DNA from: Octopus sinensis
Lineage: Eukaryota
Direction of reading: 5' to 3'
NCBI RefSeq assembly: GCF_006345805.1
Contig: NC_043010.1
Coordinates: 37,510,001 to 37,574,000 of the forward strand
Length of the DNA stretch: 64,000 nucleotides
Shown here piece by piece: positions 13,347-23,687 of this stretch. Every line of letters begins with the position of its first letter. Within the stretch, counting starts at the first letter, position 1. A model generated the notes under the pieces. That model worked only from the letters and a program-made list of their open reading frames with translations. It ran no database searches and was not told the origin of the DNA. Position numbers and translations under genes: made by a program.

Positions 13347-16300
13347 TTGTCCCTCTAGCATTGCTTGACAACCGATGCTGGTGTGTTTACGTCCCCGTCA
13401 CTTAGCGGTTCAGCAAAAGAGATAGAATAAGTACTGGGCTTACAAAGAATAAGTCCCGGGGTCGATTTGCTCGACTAAAGGCGGTTCTCCAGCATGGCCG
13501 CAGTCAAATGACTGAAACAAGTAAAAGAGTAAAGAGTACCTCTTTTACTAAAATGCTATCTACTCTTGTAGGCAATGCCTATAACTTTTGTATGTCCTCC
13601 AAGACCAACCATAAATGGAAATACTACACACACATGAACACACCTGTAATTATAAAGATAAACGAGCTGCTACCAAGACGTAGTAATTACCTTTTCTTTA
13701 CGAGACTGGGTGATCAATTCTTCCATTCGCTCTTTCCAAGGTTTCCTCTTACTCTCATCATCAGTGCCGTTAGCCTGAGTCAAGAAACCACCACCAAAAT
13801 GTTCTTCAGCAATCATTTTACCTTGAAAAGAGAAAGAAACCAAATGAATGGTATGACATTCTTTCGTGTGAATCAAACAATGACGTAAGGGGTCATCTAA
13901 TTTTAACTTTTCCCTACAGAGTTCAGCAAATAACATACACCTGCTGTCTGTAATGGATAAAGGATCAGTATATTTCAGGTATCTCTCCCAGGTAAAAGAA
14001 AAACATAACTACCCATTTCAAACCCACGACCACCCACAGCAGTGTAAAAGTAAAACAATTTTTTTATTCATTTCAGCCATGCAGCTGCAGTCATGTTGGA
14101 GCATTATCATGGGAAAGGGTTTTTGTAGTTCAAGAAATCAACAACTTCAAGACTCATTCTTTGTAAGCTTAGTACTTATTCTATTGGTCTCTTTTGCCAA
14201 ACTACTAAGTTACGGGGATGCAAACACATGACCAAACCCTGGGGATTTTCAAGAGTCGACAGAAGAAGGGACAGAAAGAGCGTCATCAACACACTCAAGA
14301 ACAGTGCAATCTGATATGAAGCTATTGATCCAAGAGATGAGAAACTAATGAAGCCCACAAGCAAGAAATTTCAGTAGAAGATACACGATACATATGGCTG
14401 ACACGCATCTTCTATTTGCTTCCACAAAATTATCCTAAAGCTACCACTCACTGATGGTGATAGAGGGTTACCAGCAGATTTGCCTTTATAGAAACCCTAC
14501 TTAAGGTCATTGGTGTCTCAACCACTGACCCCAATACAACAGAGACCATTTGCAGATTGAATTAGTACCTTGTTAATACATGCGAGACCATAAATCTACG
14601 CTCCGAAAGATTCTCTAGAAGGCATAGACCTGGGCAAATTAGATATATATAATTAACCTACTTAACCCTAGCAGCATCGAGAACCAGATGTTACCATTCA
14701 TACAACAGATAGCACCAGATTTCTGATCCCAATAACCAAGGGAAGCAACTCTAAAAAAACAGGGGAGTTATCTACCCTTGCATGACGAGAAGTTACACTG
14801 GAATTGAATTTTTCAGGTGTACTTCAAAATAATCATTTCTCACACAAAGGCAAAAACAGAAATATTGGGGAGGACATAATCCATATCGCCGACTGTCGTT
14901 CTTATTTTACTGACTGAGTGAAGATGGATAGAAAGCAAAGTTGAACAATTTAATTCAGAATGTACAGACACATAACTAAATACCAGAAGGCATTTTGTTT
15001 GATGCTCTACCAATTTTAACATTCACATTGCTTGCATTATATGTGTAATAAGATGTACTTTACTTGCCATTATATTTTCAAAATATAACTAGCTTTAAAA
15101 AATTATAAAATGAAGAAATGAATAAAAGAATTCTGTGGGTGGTCGTGGGTTTGAAATGGGTCGTTATGGGTTTTGTCTTTTTTTTTTTTCTACCTGGGAG
15201 AGATACCTGAAATATACTGATACCAATTTTAACATTCACATTGCTTGCATTATGTGTAATAAGATGTACTTTACTTGCCATTATATATTCAAAATATAAC
15301 TTACTTTAAAAAAATTATAAAAACTTTGGATAAAACACTAGAAATGTTAATAATAATTCCTAATACAGATACAAGGTATGATTAAGAAGTCTGCTGCCCA
15401 ACCACATGGTTTCGGGTTCAGTCCCACTGCATGGTAACTTAGCCAAGTGTCTTCTACTACAGCACTGGGCTAACTAAAGTCTTGGATTTGGATGGTGAAA
15501 ACTGAAAGAAGCATGTTATGTGTGTGTGCTTCTGCCTCCTTGTTTTGACATGTGATAGTTGTAAACTACTATCAGTGTCATACTTCCCTACAAAGTGAAA
15601 TATTACCTCACTTGGAGATAAGTGAGAATTGGTGACAGGAAGGGTATCCAGCTGTAAGAAGTCTGTCCCAACAAATTCCATGGAAGCATGGATAAGAGAA
15701 TGTTAAAGGATGATGATAGCGATGACGCTACATCATCATCATCATCATCATCATCGTTTAGCGTCCGTTTTCCATGCTAGCATGGGTTGGTCTGCAGAAT
15801 TTGGGTGCTGGCATAGCCCATAAGTATCGACTCAAATACTTGGCTGCAATTTTATTGAAACCACTCTCAGAATAATAAAAGACAAAGTCAACCAGAACAA
15901 GAGCTGATACTTCATTCTAGTGATCCTGGAAGGATGAAAATAAAAGTTGACCCCAGTGGGATTTGAACACAAAACATGAGGAGCTGCAATAAATACTGCA
16001 AAGCCTTTTGTCTAACGCTCTGGTGATTCTGCCACTCCACTGTCATTATAAGAGTTTGGGTTGTTTTTGTTCTTTTTGTACAAGGCAAAGTGCCCTTATT
16101 TGTTTCAGTCATTTGACTGCAGCCATGCTGGAGCACCACCTTTAGTTGAATATTATCAACCCCAAGACTTATTCTTTGTAAGCTTAGTACTTATTTTACC
16201 GGTCACTTTTGCCAAAGTGCTAAGTTACGGGGATCTAAATACACCAACATCAGTTGTCAAGCGATGGTGGGGGGACAAACACAGACACACAACCATATAC

Positions 16301-19300
16301 ATGTATATATACGACAGGCTTCCTTCAGTTTCTGTCTACCAAATCCACTCACAAGGCTTTGGTTGGCCCAAGGCTAAAGTAGAAGACACTTGCCCAAGGT
16401 GCCACACAGTGGGACTGAACCAGAACCATGTTGGTAAGCAAGCTACTTACCACACAGCCACTCCTGCGTCTATACATGACAGGATTCTTCCAGTTTCCAA
16501 ATGCACACACAAGAATTTGGTCGGGTCAAGGCTATAGTAGAAGACACTTGCCTAAGGTACCATGCACAGGGATTGAACTTGGAATCATATGTGGTTACGA
16601 AGCAAACTTCCTACCACACAGCCACGCCCGCACCAACATCATTCATAATTTTTCAAGTGAGAAGTTAAATGCTGAAATGAACAGTGAATAAAGAGTAATG
16701 TACTGACCAGTGATACGTCCATCATAATCTTCATCATCACTATTTATGGGGTCTTCAAATGTCTCAATTTCGGAAAGGGATTGGCCATAATGAGTGAGAT
16801 CCTCTTCATCGTTTAAACTGAAAATATTTCTTTTATCGAGATATTTCTAGAAAAGAAAAATATATCAGACATATAGATAGATGTACTTATGTGATCATGT
16901 ATGTGTGTGTGTGTGTATCTGTGCATGTATGTTTATATAATGTACTGTTGTTTGCATTTGTATCTGTGTACCATTTCTCTTGTTTTTTTGCATCCTTGTT
17001 TTCGTATACATTCGCTGCTTTCTTCCAAGGAATCTAGTGCTCTTAGCTTAGATTTTCCTTGGGGCTGGCCAGATTGGAGCCGTCTCGAGTATAACGAGCC
17101 GAAACTGCAAAGATAATTTGGAATTCGACTGACGAAAGAAAACTCTGAATGACCCATCCTTGGTTTTTCTTGTCCCTTTTTGTATCATCTAACTGTCTGG
17201 ATGTCTTGTTGTCACCTGTTGCCCGTGGGCATATGGCGCAGTGGTTAAGAGCACAGGCTACTAACCCCAAGATTCCGAGTTCGATTCCAAGCAGTGACCT
17301 AAACACTAATAATAATAATAACAACAACATAGAAAAATACCTTAGGAATGAGAACCCAGGTTTGAAATTTCCCCAAGACACCTGATGAAGGCTGTGGGGG
17401 GTATCAGCCGAAACATTGTGTTAACAACAAAAAAGATGAGGACAAATATCCATCTAATGTAAATAATGTATTTTCTTTTGTAGTCTTATACCATCTTACA
17501 AATATTTATTTTGCAATAAAATACTTACTGCGGAGAGATTTTTTGAACACCCTGTATATTCCTCACCTGGACAGGACACCAGTCCATCACAAGATTACTC
17601 AATTTTGCCAGCTGAGTGGACTGGAAAAGTGTAAAATGAAGTGTTTTGCTCAAGAACACAATGAGTTACCCAGCCCAGGAATCGAAACCATAATCTTATG
17701 AATAGAAGTCCAACACCTTAACCATTACGCCATGTGCTCTCCATGGGTTGGAAAGAATGTAGAGGTAGATTTTCTGTAGCTGATGTCCTTCCTGTTGCCA
17801 ACCATCACCTGTCTCCAGGTAAGGGAAATAGTTCCCATGGCCAAACATGTTTCCACAGAAGACTGGAAATGAAGGACACTGTCTGTCTGCTGGTGACACT
17901 TGTTTACGACTATTACACAATGTCAGGGCAAAGAGATAGTAACACACATGACAGGCTTCTTTCAGTTTCCATCTACTAAATCTATTCACAAGGCTTTGCT
18001 CAGACCAGAGTTATTGTACCAGACACTTGCTCAAGGAGCCATGCAGTGGGACTGAACACAGAATCATGTGGTTGGAAAGCAAACTTCCTACTACATAGCC
18101 ACACCAACCATACCCACCCCACCCCCACGTATCTAATAAAAAAGGTAAGATGAACTGTATGGTAAGAAGCTTACTTCCCAATCACATGATTCTGGGTTCA
18201 GTCCCACTGCATGGCACCTTGGGAGAGTGTATTCCATTTTAGCCTTGGGGCTGACCAAAGCTTTGTGAGTGGATATGATAGTTGGAAACTGAAAGAAGCC
18301 TATCATATAAAAAATATGTGTGTATTTGTTCCCCACCCCATAACCATTTGACAATTGGTGTTGGTGTGTTTAAATCCTTGTAACTTAGCAGTTCAGCAAG
18401 AGAGACCGATATAATAAGTACTAGACTCTGAAAGATAACTCTTGGGGTTGATTTGTTCAAGTGAAATCCACCAAGGCAGTGCTCCAGCATGGCTACAATC
18501 AAATGACTGAAACTAGTAAAAGAATAAAAGAATGGCCATAGCCGGAAAACTTTTGATCATAATTCCCTTCTGCTTAATCGGGACTCATAATTAGAATTAA
18601 ACAATGGTGCTAATATCACAACACCAAATTACAGAATACACTCACCTGCTTCTCAGCCACAAACCTCTTCGCCATCTTCTCTTCGTAGCTAAGGTTAGCA
18701 TCATTCTCTCCAATACGTTTGTCAACAACTTGATTGTCTTTAAACCTCTGTAAATATTCTTGGAGTAATGTGTCCTTCCGCTGCAATACACAGAAAATTG
18801 GAACATCAGTGACAAAGAATAGAGGACAAACAAGAACATAATTTATCTGGCAAGAAATACATATATATGAAGGATGCACATTTTATCATTATATATTTGG
18901 TAACAAATGATGTAAATGTTGGTTGATTTCTCAAGTCGTGCTTTACATTGTATAGAGGGTAGGGACAGAGAGTTAAAAGGTACCGGATGAGTGCACATAC
19001 TAGGCTTGGTGGTAGACAATGAGTAAAGGGATGCTATGCATGCACATACAAACAGAATGCAAAGTGACATCCGTTTTAGCATGGATGTTTTAGTTAAATG
19101 ATGATGGTAGTCAAGCATGATCTTTGAACATTGGGCCTTATGGGGGTGATAACAAGTGACCGAGACCTTTAGCGATATGCTGTGCTTGAGAAGACCCATC
19201 AAGCCAAGTGAAATTGTCGTCATGGCTGCTGGTACATAGAAAAACACTCCTTACACTCTTGGAGTGGTTGGTGTTAGGAAGGGCATCAAGCTGTAGAAAT

Positions 19301-20458
19301 CAGGGCAAATCAAACTGGAACCTGGTGCAGTTCGCTGGCTTACCACTTCCAGTCAAACTGTCTAACCCATGCCAGCATGGAAAGCAGATACTAAATGATG
19401 ATGATGATAATGGTGATGATTCCATGGGTTGGATGGTTTGACAGGAGCTGACAAGGCAGAGGACATTGCCAACTTTCAATGTTTGCATCAGTACGGTTTC
19501 TACATCTCGATGCCTTTCCCAATGCTAACCATGTTACAGAAGATACCTGGTGCTTTTTACATCATGGTACCAGCACTAGTGAGGTCACCAAGTAACTTGC
19601 AAGACAAATAATCTTTTAACTGAGGTGGGAGGGTGTGTAGTATTGATGGGGTGGCTTTATGCCAGGTAACGAGAGAATAAAGTGTGGGGGGGGGGGTGCA
19701 GAAACAAATGCCTTGCAGTAGAAGGGATACATGTGAAGAGGTGTCATACAGGAAGGTGAATGTAAGTGAAGTGTTCCAGAGGATTGTGCAAGATGAATGA
19801 GAAGGTAAGATCACAAGAATGTGAGGGCAACAGATGTATAGAGATGGACACTGCTGTGAATGGTGAACACAGGAAGAGGGGGCATGGTCAGAGGTGAATA
19901 TCAGTTTCAGGCTAAAGATACATATTTGATTCAAGCTAACCCAAGCCTCATGAGTGAATACGCATAGTAGGAAGCTGCATAGAAGCCCATCTTATGGACA
20001 GTTCATGTAATCAAAGGTCCGGCCTTTTCACAATGTGTCATGTTTGTTCAACTTGAGAATTACATGAAGGGTACATGAATCAAAGCAATACTCAACCACT
20101 TTGTATGCTATTTCAACAAATAGAGCAACTGACTGCACATATGTTATAATTGCCATAAACTTCTGTCCAAGCCATGTCAGCATGGAAAAACAAACAAACA
20201 CATGATTGGAGAAATGTGTGCATAACCAAAGATAAAACAAACATAAATAAAACAAGTTAAAAAACAGAAATAAGAGATTACCTTTTTGTTTGCTTTTGAC
20301 CGTGACACTCCAGGGATTCCTGCCTCATGTTTTGGTAATTTACGTCCAAGAATGTGATGTTTCTGCTTGTTTACCTTAATCTCAAATGGATTTAGTTTCT
20401 TAACTTCAGACTTTTTCACCTTCTTCTGAAACTTATCAAGCTTCTTCTTCTTGCCCAT
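384..20458 (-). CDS. NOP14: Nucleolar protein 14 (SSU processome), 5' part: 12 coding exons, about 490 aa; gene continues beyond window start
   Basis: Join (minus): 20458-20282, 18780-18646, 16846-16708, 13821-13691, 12299-12198, 10277-10197, 8216-8148, 6728-6637, 5190-4973, 4443-4304, 1731-1677, 514-384. All introns GT-AG with matching phases. Hallmark NOP14 motifs: NPFEIKVNKQKHHILGR, RKDTLLQEY, LTHYGQSLSEIE, EEHFGGG, KSEKELAQEE, acidic tract, ELPFVF, ERIVKCNHPSLGDGNKAKLE. Confidence 0.95.
1140..1226 (-). ncRNA. Hammerhead-ribozyme-like motif with element tail (5' arm of stem I truncated)
   Basis: Minus strand CTGATGA-A-GGCTG..TAGCT-GAAA-CGTT-GTGTT; tail about 90% identical to 17382-17470. 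Confidence 0.6.
1257..1540 (+). mobile_element. Penelope-like element GIY-YIG endonuclease remnant (in-frame stop)
   Basis: MTKDCVYSIPCS*GRLHKGKTCCPLKIRVDEYRK...KSGLAEHVWKNGYHLPLWDEVKIID...KLKEA matches the PLE GIY-YIG pattern VYxIPCxCGxxYxGxTxRxLxxRxxEH...SxLAEH...KEA. Confidence 0.8.
1677..1731 (-). CDS. NOP14: NOP14 coding exon 11
   Basis: KMLEISEKAKKELPFVFK; ttttcag / gtaaat. Confidence 0.9.
3620..4200 (+). mobile_element. About 570-bp interspersed retroposon-like repeat with (AAT)n tail, copy 1
   Basis: Highly similar to 41715-42275. Confidence 0.7.
4304..4443 (-). CDS. NOP14: NOP14 coding exon 10 (acidic)
   Basis: (D)DDDDDKKDGDDNAK...DEEAEAK; ttatag / gtaaga; phase 1 in, phase 0 out. 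Confidence 0.8.
4973..5190 (-). CDS. NOP14: NOP14 coding exon 9 (acidic tract)
   Basis: (Q)FLQPILKDKSKKEGKKSVKFSDDIDFKDDEEEEEGDGEDND...KDSIKQYS; atttag / gtgagt; phase 2 in, phase 1 out. Confidence 0.85.
5494..5700 (-). mobile_element. SINE family with ggaagggcatccagctgtagaaac core and (GAT)n tail (V-SINE-like)
   Basis: Other copies at about 8873-9057(-), 19170-19420(+), 39150-39640(-), 45225-45460(+), 47270-47550(+), 48790-49145(+), 51175-51605(+), 54450-54830(-), 58365-58770(-), 59535-59825(+). Confidence 0.8.
6290..6459. repeat. Two near-identical 85-bp tandem units
   Basis: ggtttggtggaagattttaattc...gccaggttggtta at 6290 and 6375. Confidence 0.9.
6637..6728 (-). CDS. NOP14: NOP14 coding exon 8
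   Basis: KDRLLRMKAPWEIEKQKKRQFISADALGDE; ttgcag / gtgagt. Confidence 0.9.
7195..7566 (-). mobile_element. Non-autonomous Helitron-like element
   Basis: Minus strand 5' TC, 3' CTAG preceded by the hairpin cc(t)gagcaacgccggg, inserted between A and T, no TSD. Confidence 0.6.
8148..8216 (-). CDS. NOP14: NOP14 coding exon 7
   Basis: ASNKMKSEKELAQEEMERLEKLE; ttatag / gtaagt. Confidence 0.92.
10197..10277 (-). CDS. NOP14: NOP14 coding exon 6
   Basis: GSFDEPKRKVDDYDMNVRSLVFEARAM; ttgttag / gtaagt. Confidence 0.92.
10441..10654. mobile_element. piggyBac-like MITE (TTAA-CCCTTTAG...CTAAAGGG-T(T)AA)
   Basis: TIRs read directly; further copies near 30550-30745, 35158-35330, 39008-39150, 53528-54135, 59841-60344. 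Confidence 0.65.
12198..12299 (-). CDS. NOP14: NOP14 coding exon 5
   Basis: MEQQQVREETIRMTEQVNSEWKTLRFLMSDSNSK; ccacag / gtaagg. Confidence 0.9.
12315..12740. repeat. Degenerate minisatellite (ggtgagataaac / ggagtgataacatggatata units)
   Basis: About 10 diverged units visible by eye. Confidence 0.7.
13100..13535 (+). mobile_element. Full-length tRNA-derived SINE (CORE-like, ccttgggcaagtgtctt), most abundant family
   Basis: tRNA-like head, internal (TA)n(TG)n, gtaaaagag tail. Other copies at about 7870-8105(-), 16090-16470(-), 18160-18530(+), 21770-22135(-), 27440-27760(+), 30950-31260(+), 36855-37240(-), 37290-37665(-), 37930-38260(-), 51965-52320(-), 53581-53966(-). Confidence 0.85.
13691..13821 (-). 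CDS. NOP14: NOP14 coding exon 4
   Basis: (G)KMIAEEHFGGGFLTQANGTDDESKRKPWKERMEELITQSRKEK; ttcaag / gtaatt. Confidence 0.95.
13964..15322. repeat. Compound inverted plus direct repeat structure
   Basis: Perfect inverted arms 13964-13994/15191-15221 (31 bp) and 14011-14039/15133-15161 (29 bp); about 100-bp direct repeats 15008-15110/15221-15322. Confidence 0.9.
14235..14400 (+). mobile_element. Decayed RTE-type LINE ORF2 3' fragment
   Basis: R.KGQKER..TLKNS....IDP.D resembles the RTE C-terminal GQKKRYKDTLKxSL..IDP..WE; frameshifted. Confidence 0.4.
16708..16846 (-). CDS. NOP14: NOP14 coding exon 3
   Basis: KYLDKRNIFSLNDEEDLTHYGQSLSEIETFEDPINSDDEDYDGRIT; ttctag / gtcagt. Confidence 0.95.
17220..17470 (+). 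mobile_element. tRNA-headed SINE with a hammerhead-like 3' module
   Basis: A box TGGCGCAGTGG 17234-17244; B box GTTCGATTCC 17279-17288; (AAT)n linker; GACAC-CTGATGA-A-GGCTG..CAGCC-GAAA-CATT-GTGTT at 17377-17422. Confidence 0.7.
18646..18780 (-). CDS. NOP14: NOP14 coding exon 2
   Basis: RKDTLLQEYLQRFKDNQVVDKRIGENDANLSYEEKMAKRFVAEKQ; ttgcag / gtgagt. Confidence 0.95.
20282..20458 (-). CDS. NOP14: NOP14 coding exon 1 (ATG at 20458; 12 nt of 5'UTR after an acceptor at 20471-20472)
   Basis: MGKKKKLDKFQKKVKKSEVKKLNPFEIKVNKQKHHILGRKLPKHEAGIPGVSRSKANKK; gtaatc donor. Confidence 0.95.
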
Positions 20459-20812
20459 CTCTGTGTATTTCTAAAGAAAATGATCATAAAATCACATATA
20501 TATATACATATAGATTGAGGATAGTTAAACCTCTCATAGGGACAGTTATATTGTTAATATATTATATTTTGAAGAGACATTTCTTCAATAAATATATTAT
20601 AAAACATCAAATATAAGTTTGAAAATGGAGAGATTCAATGGATATAAATTGATTGCCTACAATTGTTTCACTTTGCACCTAATTCAAATTACAAAACATA
20701 TATAAGTTTGCATTTTGAGTATCCATGGTGGAATATCTTCAGAGCAAAATGGATATTACAGAGTTTATATTTTGATCAATTGAAATATTCCAACAGATGA
20801 AAGCGTGTTTAT

Positions 20813-20843
<31 letters not shown>

Positions 20844-20879
20844 GTATGTATGTGTATATATTATATATATACCTAAAGA

Positions 20880-21290
20880 GATCTAAGGAAGAATGTTACA
20901 ATCGAGATGGTGAACCACAATGAACTTTTTTTGTGTACAGTTTGTGACAGACCAAGCCTTTTTTTGCTGGGCTCAAATCTCATTTGTGAACCCATGGAAA
21001 ACGAACCTCCACCAACTATTCTGCCTATATGACTGTACACATCATTGAATGCAGTGTATGCCAGAAGGTTTGTAAATCTAACAGAGGCCTCAAAAGGCCT
21101 TTTTAAGATCCACAAAGATCAGAACTTAACTGCAGCTCTTGGTGGTCCAAATTGGATGTGCAATCTATGTGAGTGTCTTTTCAGAACATTGGTTTAAAAA
21201 GCGACATCAGATACCATGATGGTGCTAAGGTGTAGGTACGGCAGGTGGTCAAACCCTGCATAAGGAGTAGACAATATATATAATGAATAT
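20880..21290 (+). mobile_element. Decayed LINE 3' end carrying three C2H2 zinc fingers
   Basis: FLCTVCDRP..(A)GLKSHL*TH; ECSVCQKVCKSNRGLKR..KIH; WMCNLCECLFQNIGLKSDIRYH; frameshifts and a stop; (TA)n tail. Confidence 0.55.
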
Positions 21291-22221
21291 AATAAAAGTT
21301 GACTATTTTTTTAATCTTTTATTTATTTTGTAAATAAATAATACAATAATGAATAAGCATTTTATAATGTTTCTTTCTTTTCTGGAAGCTCACCGTGTAC
21401 TAGCAGCTGATGGCTCACAGGCTGGCATCGGTCCATGGACAACCACTTTGAGTAGCACTGGTCTCTAGGACTATGGCATGTATATCAGAGTCTCAGATAG
21501 AGGGAGGAGAGTATTAAGGCATTAACAAACTTAATGTTGACGGTCAACATTTTCATAGTTCTTTAACCATCCCCATTACTGTCTTGCCATTTCGTTTATT
21601 TATCAGGAACCATCTCAACAATCCAGAAAAGATGGGTTAATCAGACACTAGGCAGATGGTAACTGCCAAGTCTCAACTCTGCATAAAACTATACAATACA
21701 TGAACCTTTCGTCATCTACATTTGCTGATAACACTCCGTAATGGTTACTACTACTACTATTCATTACATTCTTTTTTACTTTTACTTCTTTCAGACAATA
21801 GACTACGGTCATGCTGGAGCACTGCTTTGAAGAATTTTAGTCGAACGACTCGATCCCAGAACAATTTTAAAGTCTGGTACCTATTCCATCGATCTTTTAG
21901 TTACAGGGATATAAACACACCAACACCAGTTGTCAAGTGGTGATGAGGGAACAAACAAAAGATATCTATATATACGACGGCTTCTTTCAGTTTCCGTCTG
22001 CCAAATTCGCTCACAAGGCTTTAGTCGGTCCGAGGCTAGTCGAAAGCACTTGCCCTAAGGTGCCACGCAGTGAGACTGAACCCGAGACCATGTGGTTGGA
22101 ATGCAAGCTTCTTACCACATAATCACGCCTGCGCTTTTTCTTTCTTTTCCTTTTTTCAATTATTTCATTTATATTGAACAACCGGCTGTTGGCTAAAAGT
22201 ATCCAACTAACTAATGGTTAC

Positions 22222-22340
22222 TTGTTCACTAGATTTAGGCGGTGAGAACAAACTTTTTATTCGGAAGCACGGTGGGATTTAGATCCAGTTAGGAAATAGA
22301 CGTGACCGAATCCTGGAAAGTACTTCGTCCGATGATGTAT
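22222..22340 (-). other. NOP14: Putative non-coding first exon of NOP14 (5' boundary uncertain)
   Basis: The ATG exon starts at a splice acceptor, so an upstream exon is required. This repeat-free, relatively CpG-containing segment ends in a minus-strand donor gaacaa|gtaacc at 22221. Confidence 0.4.
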
Positions 22341-22900
22341 TGCGTATCTTATATTTCATGTTCAATGCAATTAATATCACGAATCCGTGACAACACTGTC
22401 ATGAACAACCACTGCAAACGAATTAAAAAGAATACTACCATCCTGGAGAATTAAATAACAACCAAAATGAAAATCTACGTAATAAATCTTAAAAAGAGAA
22501 AGAAAATCAAGTTTGTTTTTAGTGAGAGATATTTTGTCGAAGGCAGGTTCTAGTCTGTTTCTGCGTAAATTAAAGGTAACGTGAGGGGGGAAGCGCAGGT
22601 TAACAATTTTTAACCAGAGAATATATTCTAAATAAAATTTTTAAAATTCTTACCCGTTGAATTCGAGAAAATGAAAGATCAATTAATGAGAAAACCCATT
22701 CACGAATTGCACGTGGATAAATGCAGTGAAAACCGGAAGTTTAGATTGTTAGCGGTGATATGACGAAAATAGTGCTGTTTTGAATAAATGCCCGCTTTAC
22801 GAAAGTTTGTCGGCCATATTATCATTTACGTATATATAATTTGCAATTTTGGGAGATGTGGTGTATTGACAACTCAGAACCAACAATAAAAGTGTAATTT
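22340..22900. promoter_or_regulatory. Putative housekeeping, possibly bidirectional, promoter: E-box CACGTG 22710-22715 and ETS/GABP-type ACCGGAAGT 22732-22740
   Basis: Repeat-free, locally CpG-enriched, directly upstream of NOP14; motifs read from the sequence. Confidence 0.5.
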
Positions 22901-23359
22901 TGTAATTATTCTCACTCCGGCTTTTGTAAAACTTTAAATGTAATGTGATAGTGTCGCGTTATTTTGTTAAATTGTAGATTATACTAAATAACATGAGAAA
23001 TTAATATTCATTTATTGTCTTAATATATGTCAGCACAACGTTATGGCATAGGCATCTGATGTTGAGAGACGATTTCAGTTTTGCTTCAAGAATTATTACT
23101 GGTTGATGATTTATCTAATATCAGTATGTTGTCCAAACCTCACAGCCATATCACATTATAAAGAAAGAGTACAACTCGAAACGCGAAAACTTTTGTTTCC
23201 AGTGTCACGTTACGTTCGTAAAACAAATATGTGAGAGGTGTCCAAAGACTTTGTCAGCTGCCTAGTGTCGGATGAGGACATCGTCTTCGGAAAAGCGGGA
23301 AGTGGACGTAATAATGTGGAGAGAGGTGAAAGATTAAATTTCTTCGTCTAATTTATCTT

Positions 23360-23403
<44 letters not shown>

Positions 23404-23494
23404 AGAGTTTACGAAAAAAAACAAGAAAAGACGAAGACAGGTGGTGTACAAAACAAACAGATGTATTAATATAACGCTCAGGAATAGAAAAAGT

Positions 23495-23530
23495 CTTTTA
23501 CGTTTCGAGCCTACGCTCTTCTACAGAAAG
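23495..23530 (-). ncRNA. Hammerhead-like motif with an A6U core change
   Basis: Minus: CTTT-CTGTAGA-A-GAGC-GTAG-GCTC-GAAA-CGTA-AAAG. Confidence 0.5.
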
Positions 23531-23652
23531 GGACACAGAAAAAAAGGAGAGAAAAATGTGTGTAATGGCTAACGATCTATCATGGCTGCGTATGTACCGT
23601 TGGCGATTTTTTTCCCTCTGTCTTCCCATCTCTGGATCTTTCCTTCTCCTAT

Positions 23653-23687
23653 GTTTCCGACGAAGAGCTCCGCTCGAAACGTTAAAC
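23653..23687 (+). ncRNA. Minimal type-I hammerhead ribozyme motif (PLE type), intact fold
   Basis: GTTT-CCGACGA-A-GAGC-TCC-GCTC-GAAA-CGTT-AAAC: stem I GTTT/AAAC, stem II GAGC/GCTC, palindromic ACGT stem III, GUU cleavage triplet, U4C core variant. Confidence 0.65.

Noticed and set aside
17226-17300. Possible tRNA gene
   Set aside because: It has A and B boxes, but the acceptor and anticodon stems do not close, and it runs into a repeat body. It is a SINE head.
23230-23350. VFGKAGSGRNNVERGERLNFF, reminiscent of the LINE endonuclease motif GxGxRNERGERL
   Set aside because: Short, without flanking GDFNA support; not distinguishable from chance by eye.
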